IMG/VR virus record: IMGVR_UViG_3300009506_000008
Span: 1 to 64,000 of that record
Length of the DNA stretch: 64,000 bases
Direction: 5' to 3' (one strand)
Source of the DNA: a virus
The translations under genes were made by a program, and so were the position numbers. Positions 27,931-36,944 of the stretch are shown here, piece after piece. Position 1 is the first letter of the stretch. Each line of letters opens with the position of its first letter. The notes under the pieces were generated by a model. The model was given only the letters and a program-made list of their open reading frames with translations. It did not search any database and was not told where the DNA came from.

Positions 27931-28698
27931 CTACTTGATGGAGAGGTGGCCCTTCTTGTCCTTGACCACGATGTCTTTCTTCTCTTCGAGGTGCTTGATG
28001 TGCGCCTTGACTCGCGCCTTGCTCTGCGAGGTCACGCGCCCGAACTCCTTGCCGACTTTCTCGGCGATTTCATCGAGCGTTCCGCCCTTGACGAGGAGGT
28101 CGTCGATGAACGCGGCCTGCGATCCGACAAAGTGACCGAACTTGTTCTTCGTGCCGGACTTGATGAGGTTGCTCTCGCCGGTGCCCTTGGCCTTGCCCTT
28201 CTTGGCGGGTTTCTCTTTGCCCTTCGCTTTGCCCTTGCCCTTCTTGGCCGGGGGAGCTTCCTCTTCCTCATCCTCGTCATCGTCCTCCGACTCATCTTCG
28301 TCGGAGTCCTCATCCTCGTCTTCCTCTTCCTCTTCCTTGGCGGGCTTCGCTTTGGGCTTCGCCTTTTCCTTGCCCTTCGCTTTGCCCTTCTTGGCGGGAG
28401 GCGCTTCCTCCTCCTCCTCCTCCTCATCCTCGTCCTCGGTGCCCTCGTCCTCATCTTCGCCTTCGTCCTCGTCCTCGTCCTCGTCATCGGACTCGGCACC
28501 GGGTCGCTCGTACCCGAGGTCTTCCAGGGTAGCCCAGGTCGCTTCCTTGAAATCGTCGCCTTCCTCGATCTCTTCCGCGTTCGCGAGGATCGCGTCCACG
28601 AGTTTCTGCCCTTTCAGGCTCGTGTCGATGGGGGGCTCCAGGCCCATGGAGTCGTTCATGTCCTTCGCCGCTTTCACGAGTGCGCTTCTTGTTGCCAT
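27931..28698 (-). CDS. Protein with D/E and K/A/P charge blocks and a C-terminal winged-helix-like domain
   Basis: Own promoter and GAGGAGG RBS; C-terminal domain resembles 48413-48751. Confidence 0.7.
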   Translation of the reverse strand: MATRSALVKAAKDMNDSMGLEPPIDTSLKGQKLVDAILANAEEIEEGDDFKEATWATLEDLGYERPGAESDDEDEDEDEGEDEDEGTEDEDEEEEEEEAPPAKKGKAKGKEKAKPKAKPAKEEEEEDEDEDSDEDESEDDDEDEEEEAPPAKKGKGKAKGKEKPAKKGKAKGTGESNLIKSGTKNKFGHFVGSQAAFIDDLLVKGGTLDEIAEKVGKEFGRVTSQSKARVKAHIKHLEEKKDIVVKDKKGHLSIK

Positions 28699-28774
28699 GA
28701 TATTTCCTCCTCTGTGGGGTGGAGAGACAGGCTCTCCGGGGTTTTGGGGCTGCGTCGCCCTGCGTCGTCGGGTA

Positions 28775-28816
28775 ATTATACATGGTTACCCGGCATCCGT
28801 TGACTGGAAAAAATGC
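28775..28816 (-). promoter_or_regulatory. Promoter TGTATAAT with upstream GCATTTTTTCC box
   Basis: Intergenic; similar layout at 13154-13194. Confidence 0.6.
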
Positions 28817-28849
28817 ACTTCCACAAAAAAAGTTTTCCGCCCAGTCTCT

Positions 28850-29632
28850 TTAGCGATCCGAGTCTTCCACGAGTCCGATGATCTTATGGAGTTGGAGGTT
28901 CAATACTCCGTCCGTAGTAAACTCGGACATGAGGCCCGCCAATTCGGCGGGGTCCATCACTCCGTACATGGGTGAGAATGCAAAGGTAGCACAACACCGA
29001 TCACTCTGCAACTGATTTTTTATTGCCAGCGCAGAAAAGAAATCGTTGCGGTCACGGATGACGAACTTTACAAAGTCGGCAGGACTCAGATTCATGAAGA
29101 CTGCCGAGTCCATATGACGTTCCATTCCAGACGAGTTCAGCTTCCAATCCACCACGAAGTTCGCGTATTGTGTCAGAACATCCGAGATTGGGATGGAGCC
29201 GTTCGTCTCAATCGTTGTTCGATACCCGTGATGGTACAAGACCGCTACCAACTCCTCCAAAGACTTCGTTTGCAGTAGAGGTTCACCGCCGGTGATTGTT
29301 ACCTTGAAGGAGTCAAAGTGTAGCACTCGACGGAGAATGGCTGCGGTGTCCATGAGACCGCCTTTTCCATACGAGTACGTTGTGTCACAGTACGAGCACC
29401 TGAGATTACATCCCGCGAGACGGATGAAGGTAGTCACCCTCCCTTGGTGACAAGCGTTGACTTCACCATCTATGGAGCGGAAGATGCTGGTTACCCGGAA
29501 TGTCGCCAGGTGGCCCAACTGTCGCAAGTCTCTGTCAGACGGACACTTTTCACATAGTTCTGTTCCGGCAGGTTCGCCATCACTTCGAAGGCAATCCACT
29601 CCACAAGTCTTTCCGCAGTCGGTCTGCTCCAT
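28850..29632 (-). CDS. queE: 7-carboxy-7-deazaguanine synthase (radical SAM); start uncertain
   Basis: IFRSIDGE, FIRLAGCNLRCSYCDT, ITGGEP, IETNG, KFVI, QLHK. Confidence 0.92.
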   Translation of the reverse strand: MEQTDCGKTCGVDCLRSDGEPAGTELCEKCPSDRDLRQLGHLATFRVTSIFRSIDGEVNACHQGRVTTFIRLAGCNLRCSYCDTTYSYGKGGLMDTAAILRRVLHFDSFKVTITGGEPLLQTKSLEELVAVLYHHGYRTTIETNGSIPISDVLTQYANFVVDWKLNSSGMERHMDSAVFMNLSPADFVKFVIRDRNDFFSALAIKNQLQSDRCCATFAFSPMYGVMDPAELAGLMSEFTTDGVLNLQLHKIIGLVEDSDR

Positions 29633-29889
29633 TTCAGTACCTCATTAAGCATTTGGTGATCAAGACGTTCAACGATGGGACCGACGATCTTCTTCAGATC
29701 GCCGAAGTCGATGACCATGTCCGGGTAGTCGGTGTTGGCATAGGCTTCCTTCAATCCTACCTCAACCTCCAACCGGGCGTTATGGCCGTGGACGTTCTTG
29801 CACTTCCCAGGATGCCCTTCCAGGTAGTGCCCATAGCAGAAATCAAACGCTTTGGTTACGGTGATCTCGCACGACTTGGCTACTGCCAT
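29491..29889 (-). CDS. queD: 6-carboxytetrahydropterin synthase
   Basis: CKNVHGHN, MVIDFGDLK, LDHQMLN, PTAE, ET. Confidence 0.92.
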   Translation of the reverse strand: MAVAKSCEITVTKAFDFCYGHYLEGHPGKCKNVHGHNARLEVEVGLKEAYANTDYPDMVIDFGDLKKIVGPIVERLDHQMLNEVLKWSRPTAERLVEWIAFEVMANLPEQNYVKSVRLTETCDSWATWRHSG

Positions 29890-29902
29890 TGCTTACCTCC
29901 TT

Positions 29903-31513
29903 TCAGAAACTCGCTAGGTTGGCGCGACAGATAAACGGTGCTTGGAGCACCGTCACGGTAGCCTCGGAATCAAAGTCGTCGTCCCGAGCCAGCAGGACTC
30001 CAATTCTCATTATCCCTTCACGCTTCTCTTTGGGTGTCTGGTTCAACGTGAGCATGGCCGTGACGTGTCCATACTTCCGTTTGTCCTCGCTGAAGTTCTT
30101 CAGCCCTAGCGTCGTCGTATCATACGACTCGGCGTCAGCCTGTGTGGCGGTAATCACGCACGCCTTCCGACGCTGAGACAACCGACGTAGTGCCTTCCAC
30201 TTGTTGTTTTCTTGGTGTCTGAACTCGTTCGGTGACCCTTGCTCTGGGATGAGGATGTCCGCGTAGTCAACTAGAATGACATCTGGTACGAACCCCTCTT
30301 TCTCCCAAATATCCAACTGCTGATCTATCCACGTTACGCTTACCGTGTCGTTGGGTTGGCATTCGAGACGTATCTCTCCAGCCTTCATCTTCTGTCGTTT
30401 GAACTTCTTGCTGATGTTGATCGCTTCTGTTATGGATAGTTGCTTGACTGTTCTTCTCTCGTAATGGACGACTGGCTCCCATGTCTCGGGTTTGGTGAAT
30501 GGAAGTCGTCTTGTTGTCTTGCAAGCCGTACATGGCTTGTATCCAACTTTCTCCGCTTGCTGGCATATCTCATTCGGCGTTGGATTACGACGTTTCTTCT
30601 TCTTCTTGGAGTCGCCATCACCGTTCTCCTCGTCATCGAAGAAGTCCAACCCTAATGCTACTCTGTTCTCCCTGTGTTTCAAACCACATTCGTCGCCTCG
30701 GTTGTAGAAACAATCCAACACAGGGAAAAGTTTGTCACCGCAATACCTGGCTCGGAAGTTCCTTCTCGCCACATAGATCTGAATGCGGCGGATCATTTGG
30801 TTCTTGGACATGTCTCCCACGCCGAAGAAAGCCACCCGACACTTCTGAGTTACTGCTTTCATAGCGAACTCTATCAGCCATGTCGTCTTGCCTCTCTTCT
30901 CAGGTCCAAGTATCCCGATGAACGATTCACGGTACAGTTGCGGGTCGATAAGAGCGCCCAATGCCCCTCGCATACGGAACAGAGGTTCTTGGGTGTCCTC
31001 GAAAGCCTCTGTGATTGCTAGTTCATCCCCTATAGGGTCCACAAAGGTACGCGACCCGAGCCCTGCGGGGCTGAACGAGGCGATCATGTGCTCTGCATCG
31101 TCCAGTGCCCCGTGTGAGATAGCAGCGGCGATGTCTTCACTGATGTGTTTCAAGGATTGCTTGCGGAGTCTCTTGACTGTTCTGTCTATGAGGTAATCTG
31201 AGTTGAACTTAGATTGGTCGTGCTCGCTTGAGATGTCTGCTAGCAGTTCTCGTATCAGATCCGCTCGTTGCGGATCCAACGAGTCCCGCTCATGGGAAGC
31301 GAAGATGTCTTGGATGTCTTCACCGGGTGCCTTTTCAAACTGTTCATAGTAGTCTAGGCACCATTGAGCTACCGTTCTGACCGCCGGAACCTCTATCAGC
31401 TCATCGTCATACAGAGGCGCGATGGCTCTCAAGAAGTGGTCCGACACTATCATTCCAGCAACAATTCTACGTTCTATGTCATTATCAACCTTACGTTTCT
31501 TCCATTTAGCCAC
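29903..31513 (-). CDS. DnaB-like replicative helicase with a Cys-rich insertion
   Basis: Walker A GPEKRGKT, ILVDYAD, ITATQ, FSEDKRK. Confidence 0.85.
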   Translation of the reverse strand: MAKWKKRKVDNDIERRIVAGMIVSDHFLRAIAPLYDDELIEVPAVRTVAQWCLDYYEQFEKAPGEDIQDIFASHERDSLDPQRADLIRELLADISSEHDQSKFNSDYLIDRTVKRLRKQSLKHISEDIAAAISHGALDDAEHMIASFSPAGLGSRTFVDPIGDELAITEAFEDTQEPLFRMRGALGALIDPQLYRESFIGILGPEKRGKTTWLIEFAMKAVTQKCRVAFFGVGDMSKNQMIRRIQIYVARRNFRARYCGDKLFPVLDCFYNRGDECGLKHRENRVALGLDFFDDEENGDGDSKKKKKRRNPTPNEICQQAEKVGYKPCTACKTTRRLPFTKPETWEPVVHYERRTVKQLSITEAINISKKFKRQKMKAGEIRLECQPNDTVSVTWIDQQLDIWEKEGFVPDVILVDYADILIPEQGSPNEFRHQENNKWKALRRLSQRRKACVITATQADAESYDTTTLGLKNFSEDKRKYGHVTAMLTLNQTPKEKREGIMRIGVLLARDDDFDSEATVTVLQAPFICRANLASF

Positions 31514-31551
31514 AGAAGAACCCTCCTGCCCCCGACGCGAGCCTACCAACT

Positions 31552-32763
31552 TCAGTTGGTTCGGTCGCCCGTCACGAAGCTAAAGTTGAATCGTTTCGAT
31601 TCGTGTTGAAGGAATTGGCGGAAGATGGGAGATGATACGCTAGCCATCTTGATCGAACGGGATTGGATCCAGCGTTGCTTCTCCAGCCACTCAATGTAGG
31701 AATCGCATACAGAATATACATCAGGGTACTCTTGGATGAACAACTTCCTGTGTTGTGGTAACTCTATATCGTCCTTGAGTCTCTCGTACCAGAGTACAAT
31801 CTGATCTACTTGACTGGAGAGAGCGAATGCTTTCCCGTTGATCCTAGATTCCGGCCCGAGGAAGTCTTGGAAGAGTCCTACTGTGGCTTTATCTTTGGTA
31901 GGAAGTTGATCTGGAGTTACAGGTTTGAGATACTTACTACGGGTTTCTTCAGTATCGAATGGAGTATCACCATTTGACGGGAATGGAGATTTCTCTCCTT
32001 GACTTATAGCCCAACAAAGTCTAGTCATTGCTAGTTGAGGTGTTTCTCTAACCAATTGACCTGCTAGCCTATCCTTTTGACTGGGTGTAAGTGGACGTCC
32101 CAATTCACTACGATACTTCAGAAAGTCTCTCCATGCTTCTTGAAACTTTGTATCGTTCTGAAATATGGCAGGAAACAGATGTCTGTTGGCAGGTGGTTTT
32201 GTTCTCTTACTACGCTTCGCGTGCGCGTTTTCACTACTATGAGTATTACTGTGTCTGTTTTTTATGGATAAGGTTTCTTGTAAAGGATATGCACCTTGAA
32301 AAACCTGTTTAGGATTTTCCGGTTTAGGTGATTTGGTTCTCTTTGACTTGATGGGTTTGTCCACCGTGTCCGGAAAATCCGGTTTAGGTGAGTTTTTCCT
32401 TGATGTAGCCTTTTTCGTTTTTGGTTGTATCCCCTCGGGGATTTGATCTTCTGAAGCAGGATGTGCAAAGCACCAGAACTCGATACCTTTGAGCGTTCCA
32501 TCCTTGTGTCGTACTCGTTTCCTGAACACATACCGAAGGACTTCCAACTCTTCAAGTCCCGCTGTTACAGCATCGAGACCATCTTTCGACCTGGCAACTA
32601 TATCCTGCATTCTCCATTCCCAACCGTCCGGTCTGGTTAGGAAGTATGTCAGAATGCCTTTGGCTTTCCAGGTTAGGTTGGGATCTTTTTCGATTGCGTA
32701 GGTATTGATTGCGCGGAGGTACGGATGGGATGGATCGCCTAGACGATTGATGTTCATTGTCAT
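31552..32763 (-). CDS. Replication initiator with N-terminal wHTH
   Basis: DPNLTWKAKGILTYFLTRPDGW...SKDG...LEELE motif; internal repeats; directly upstream of DnaB. Confidence 0.75.
   Translation of the reverse strand: MTMNINRLGDPSHPYLRAINTYAIEKDPNLTWKAKGILTYFLTRPDGWEWRMQDIVARSKDGLDAVTAGLEELEVLRYVFRKRVRHKDGTLKGIEFWCFAHPASEDQIPEGIQPKTKKATSRKNSPKPDFPDTVDKPIKSKRTKSPKPENPKQVFQGAYPLQETLSIKNRHSNTHSSENAHAKRSKRTKPPANRHLFPAIFQNDTKFQEAWRDFLKYRSELGRPLTPSQKDRLAGQLVRETPQLAMTRLCWAISQGEKSPFPSNGDTPFDTEETRSKYLKPVTPDQLPTKDKATVGLFQDFLGPESRINGKAFALSSQVDQIVLWYERLKDDIELPQHRKLFIQEYPDVYSVCDSYIEWLEKQRWIQSRSIKMASVSSPIFRQFLQHESKRFNFSFVTGDRTN
32304..32391. repeat. Iteron-like repeats, probable replication origin
   Basis: TCCGGTTTAGGTGA at 32318 and 32378; variant CCTGTTTAGGA at 32304; inverted pair GGATTTTCCGG/CCGGAAAATCC; AT-rich flank. 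Confidence 0.6.
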
Positions 32764-32936
32764 TGTTTACGACTCCTGAAGTGTTTCCCCTTTGTTCGCA
32801 TGTACCGCGAACATCAGATGAAAAAGGGTGGGAAAAGGCGACTGGGAGTCAACAGTCGCCTTGGGTCGCCCGTTGAACCCTCCAACTTGGCCGAGTTGGA
32901 TCCCGACAGGGCAAAAGGATACCACTATGCACCTAG

Positions 32937-32966
32937 ATTATACGATGGCCCCGTCGGTGGCCACAA
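32937..32966 (-). promoter_or_regulatory. sigma70-like promoter for the initiator operon
   Basis: TTGTGG-18 nt-TATAAT. Confidence 0.55.
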
Positions 32967-32967
32967 G

Positions 32968-33894
32968 CTATCGTATTCCCTGCGACACCATTAGCTTTTC
33001 AGCTTCCTCGTCGGGCATCTCTGCCGGATCTTTCCACTCATTCAGTTCGATGATCTCTGTCGAACCGGGCTTTTGAGATAAGATTCTAGCCAGCTTCTCC
33101 GCTTCGATACCTGCTTGAGGATCTATACTGGGATTGTCGAACATGACGATACGCCTCGGGTAGCGGAGCATCATCTTCACTTGCTGAATCGTAGTGCTCA
33201 CTCCAAACGTTGCAACGGCACCTGGACCTAGTCTCCAAACATCAAACAGTCCCTCTACGATTATGATCGTATCAAAGGGAACCTCGTCAATGCCGTACAG
33301 GATGTGCTTATGATGGATGGTCTCCTTCTCCATCTCACAGGCTTTGTACTTCAACGGCGCCTTGTCAGTTATGTCTCTCCCTTGAAACGAGACAAGAACA
33401 CCTCCAAGATAGACGGGAGCAATGATTCTGTGCTTGTATGAACCGATTGGTCCTGTCCCTTGCAGCTTCCATTTCTTTGTCAATGCTACGGGTCCGAACC
33501 CTCGACCTTTCAAGTAGAGCTTATGGCGCCTCGAAAGGGGACCGGAACCGGAGGGGAGACTAGCCTCTATTCCAGCCTGTGCGTGTTGGTAAGGGGTTAA
33601 ATTTCGACTTTTCGGGCGTCCCGAATATCTTTTAAGGGTAACGCCCGGAGATTGCTGGGAATCGGCTGACAACATCTCGATTACTTCATACGGATGATGC
33701 CACCCGCATCTCCAACAATGCCAGAAGTTCTCTTCGAGATTGAAACCTAAATGCCAGCCGGGGTTTCCCGAACAGAATGGGCATACTGTTTGGATCCACC
33801 CCGACTGGCAGTGTTTGTGACCCTCCGTCAGGAAGGGAATTCCATTGTCTACCAGGAAGTCCTGGACGGAGAAGACACGGGGAGCGCGTTTCAT
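32968..33894 (-). CDS. DNA primase (zinc finger plus TOPRIM)
   Basis: CPFC...HCWRCG, FQGR, IVEGLFD, VMFDN, KDPAEM. Confidence 0.85.
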   Translation of the reverse strand: MKRAPRVFSVQDFLVDNGIPFLTEGHKHCQSGWIQTVCPFCSGNPGWHLGFNLEENFWHCWRCGWHHPYEVIEMLSADSQQSPGVTLKRYSGRPKSRNLTPYQHAQAGIEASLPSGSGPLSRRHKLYLKGRGFGPVALTKKWKLQGTGPIGSYKHRIIAPVYLGGVLVSFQGRDITDKAPLKYKACEMEKETIHHKHILYGIDEVPFDTIIIVEGLFDVWRLGPGAVATFGVSTTIQQVKMMLRYPRRIVMFDNPSIDPQAGIEAEKLARILSQKPGSTEIIELNEWKDPAEMPDEEAEKLMVSQGIR

Positions 33895-34337
33895 TCTTTA
33901 TCCCAGTCAGGATTCGATGCGAGGTGAATGCTGACAGCTTTGCCGTCTCTGCATGGCTTGCAGTCCTCGCACTTGATTCTCTTGTGACGATGAGCGCACG
34001 CTTCAGCATACATGAAACAAGCTCTATCGTGACAGTAGAAAATCTTGGATATGTCGTACTGGGAACAACTCAAATCCAAAGGAGTGATTGTCTGCCCGGT
34101 GGAGGCGCACCGTCTCTGGGCAGAGAGAGGGTTCTTGAAGTCGTAAGAAATGGACATTCCCTTTCTCCAACCGATGCACGTTCGGCAGGAGGGAGTGAAC
34201 TTGGGCCGCTTGGTTCTAGTAGAGGCTTTCTTCAATGGCTGTTTGGTCCTCCGTTTCTTGGCAGGAGGAGGAGGAGGCTTGGTCCTCCTCCTCTTTGGAG
34301 CGGGTTCTGTCGATGCCGCGTGTTTGGTTCTTGGCAT
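33891..34337 (-). CDS. Protein with basic RTK-repeat tail and Cys-rich domain
   Basis: AGGAGG RBS; MPRTK start; four RTK copies; many Cys. Confidence 0.65.
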   Translation of the reverse strand: MPRTKHAASTEPAPKRRRTKPPPPPAKKRRTKQPLKKASTRTKRPKFTPSCRTCIGWRKGMSISYDFKNPLSAQRRCASTGQTITPLDLSCSQYDISKIFYCHDRACFMYAEACAHRHKRIKCEDCKPCRDGKAVSIHLASNPDWDKE

Positions 34338-34339
34338 GT

Positions 34340-34549
34340 CTATGCCTCCTTGGCTGCTCTGACGCCTTCTGCAAAGGCGTCCAACCAATCCCACAGGGTT
34401 GCCTTGGTACCGAAAGGAGATTTGGTGCATCCCATAATGTGGATCTTGTACCCGATGCACGGGTAATGATCGATCTCGACATTGGCATGCACCATTTCTC
34501 CTACCATGTGCGCTTTCTTCCTGAGCATATCCATCGAGACTTTATTCAT
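34340..34549 (-). CDS. Hypothetical protein
   Basis: GGAGG RBS; coupled ORF. Confidence 0.55.
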   Translation of the reverse strand: MNKVSMDMLRKKAHMVGEMVHANVEIDHYPCIGYKIHIMGCTKSPFGTKATLWDWLDAFAEGVRAAKEA

Positions 34550-34868
34550 CCCCCTCCTCCATTAAGACTTCCCCCGTGGCTGGGTGCTCGATTCGCACGT
34601 CCAAAGCCTCTTTGTAGGGAACGATCCCGACGAAGTCCACAGGATCGCAGTCCATCGGCTCTCCGTCAGAGAGCCGGAACATCCTGATCTCGCGTTCGTT
34701 GTCGATTGCCGTGAACAGCATGAAGTCCTGGGACTCGACGACGTACATCAGCTTCCAGAGTTTGTTGCTTCTGTCAGCGAGGATTGGATACAGGTCATAC
34801 TGCGCTTGCTTGTGCGCCTCCTTGTACCCTTCACGATTGTCTCGATACCACCGCAACGTCTTGTTCAT
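34542..34868 (-). CDS. Hypothetical protein
   Basis: Coupled ORF. Confidence 0.55.
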   Translation of the reverse strand: MNKTLRWYRDNREGYKEAHKQAQYDLYPILADRSNKLWKLMYVVESQDFMLFTAIDNEREIRMFRLSDGEPMDCDPVDFVGIVPYKEALDVRIEHPATGEVLMEEGDE

Positions 34869-36889
34869 ATTCCCTCCCTTTCCTTGAACATAGACAGGAG
34901 CATCGACAGCATGGCTCCCTGTCCAGGTGCCTTCCCGTCCAGTACCCTGGAGAAGACATCACGTTTCGCATCCAATAGGTAAGCGATGTCCTCTTCAATC
35001 GTACCGGCAGCCAACAAGTAGTACGCAGAGATGGAGTCAGACTCCTGACCGATTCTGTTTACCCGGTCCTCTGCTTGATCGTGATCCCCCGGAGTCCACC
35101 ATAACTCGGTGAACACGGTAGAGTCAGCAGCGGTGAGGTCTATGCCTTCCTTTGCTGCCTTGGTGCCGACGAACAACTTGATTTCTGGGTCTTTCTGAAA
35201 CCGATCTACTATATTCTGCCGATTGGACGGAGCCGTCCCACCGTCGATCTTGACCGCGATCTCTCCGTAGCGATCCATGAAGTAGCTGACAGCTTCCTTG
35301 TGATGACAGAACAGAACCAACTTCTTGTCGGTATCCAAGTAGTTGTCTATCCAGTCTGCCAATCCGTTCACCTTCCCCGCGAAGGCGAGACGTTTGAGTG
35401 TGTTGATCTTGACTAACGCCTCTGCCCTCTTGGCTCTCTCGTACTTCTTGAGGTCTATCGACTTGAGGAACCCGAGGAAGTCTTGCTCAGCTTTGCGGTA
35501 TGTCACGGCGTTCTCAATGTCCAATGGAACTACGATCCTCCTCTTGGGAGGAAGGTCCTTCAGGACATCTCGCTTCATACGTCGGATCATAACCGACTCG
35601 GTCAGGATCTTGTGTAGCTCAGCAGTGTTCGAGGCACCCCGCATGTTCCAACCGTAGCCGTCGTGATGTCCCTCACAGTATCGTTCACAGAACCGCATGT
35701 AGTTGGGGAACAGACCGGGCTCGATTAGGTTCACTGCATTGTAGATCTCAACCGGCCTGTTCAAGAAGGGCGTTCCCGATAGAGCTATGAAGTGCGGGAC
35801 TCCTCTTGATAGGTGCTTGATATTCCTCGTCCGCTGAGCTTTGTTCGTCTTGATGTAATGAGCTTCGTCGAGGATGATCGTCATCAGCTTCGCTGCCTTG
35901 AGGGTATCCATCCACCCTCCCAAGACATCGTAGTTGATGATGTTGATGTCGCTGCTTGGGCGTTTATTCCCAGGCTTCTTGCCGCTCAGAACGCGAACAC
36001 GCGGACGATCCATCCACTTCCTTGCTTCCCGTGCCCATTTGAGCTTTACTGAGGATGGGCAGACGATCAATACAGGTCTTGCTTCGGGATGCAACTGGAG
36101 CCATGCTAGGGCTTGCATCGTCTTCCCAAGGCCCATATCATCCCCTACCAGGGCACGACCCTTGCGACTCTCGATCCATGCAACCCCGTCTTTCTGGAAC
36201 GGCATCAATTCTCCGCCCAGTCCTGGGATGTCCTCCACTAAGTCATAGATGTCATCGTCAGGGGGTTGCGTGAGACGTCTCTCCCAATCGAGAACCTCTT
36301 CATCGAACCTGAAATCTGCGTCCCGTAGGATCTCCATGGACTCAAGAGACAACGTAGCTGTCCAGAATCCCCTGCCCGGTCCTGTAGGATTCCAGCGGCG
36401 ACCCGACAATCTCTTGACGTTCGCTACTGTGACAGGATCGAATGGGAAGGTGACGTGAAGCTTGCCGTCCTTCAGTTCACAGAATTTCTCTTGGGGAGCG
36501 TCGAGCACGGGTTGGGAGAACTTCTTGGTTATCTTCTCCGGTATGTCGATGGCCTCGTCCGATGGTTCCCGTGCTCTGATCATAGAGATGGGCATCCATC
36601 CCTCGAATCGGATGTCTTCAATCTGCCTCTTCAACCACTCGATGTTCTCTTCCGTGAGGGGGACGTTCCAGTAGTGCTTGCCGCACTCTGGCCCGATCCC
36701 GAGAACCCTACTGACAGGGTGGGTGAGGGTTCGTCCGCAGTGCCAGCAGACGATGTGACGTTCGGTGGTTCCCCGTCCATAGACGTACAACGCCTTGGGA
36801 GTAGACTTGAGCACCGTGCCGACAAAGGTTGCCGGCCAGTTCTTCTTCCTGGCTATGTACGGGGAGATGGTAAAGCGTTCGGCTTTCAT
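34865..36889 (-). CDS. SNF2-family (SMARCAL1/HARP-like) helicase with N-terminal zinc finger
   Basis: DDMGLGKT, DEAH, LSGTP, QAEDRVNRIGQ; CWHCGRTLT...GIGPEC. Confidence 0.9.
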   Translation of the reverse strand: MKAERFTISPYIARKKNWPATFVGTVLKSTPKALYVYGRGTTERHIVCWHCGRTLTHPVSRVLGIGPECGKHYWNVPLTEENIEWLKRQIEDIRFEGWMPISMIRAREPSDEAIDIPEKITKKFSQPVLDAPQEKFCELKDGKLHVTFPFDPVTVANVKRLSGRRWNPTGPGRGFWTATLSLESMEILRDADFRFDEEVLDWERRLTQPPDDDIYDLVEDIPGLGGELMPFQKDGVAWIESRKGRALVGDDMGLGKTMQALAWLQLHPEARPVLIVCPSSVKLKWAREARKWMDRPRVRVLSGKKPGNKRPSSDINIINYDVLGGWMDTLKAAKLMTIILDEAHYIKTNKAQRTRNIKHLSRGVPHFIALSGTPFLNRPVEIYNAVNLIEPGLFPNYMRFCERYCEGHHDGYGWNMRGASNTAELHKILTESVMIRRMKRDVLKDLPPKRRIVVPLDIENAVTYRKAEQDFLGFLKSIDLKKYERAKRAEALVKINTLKRLAFAGKVNGLADWIDNYLDTDKKLVLFCHHKEAVSYFMDRYGEIAVKIDGGTAPSNRQNIVDRFQKDPEIKLFVGTKAAKEGIDLTAADSTVFTELWWTPGDHDQAEDRVNRIGQESDSISAYYLLAAGTIEEDIAYLLDAKRDVFSRVLDGKAPGQGAMLSMLLSMFKEREGI

Positions 36890-36944
36890 GCCAATGTTTT
36901 CCTCCTTCTTCCTGGCAGCCCCAGGACGGTGAGGGTTTCCCTCT

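Noticed and set aside
27796-28975. + strand ORFs of 335 and 277 aa
   Set aside because: Same antisense artefact, opposite the charge-block protein
32900-32935. ACAGGGCAAA resembling a c-di-GMP-I riboswitch
   Set aside because: It is on the strand opposite the downstream gene and lacks the second stem and tetraloop-receptor architecture
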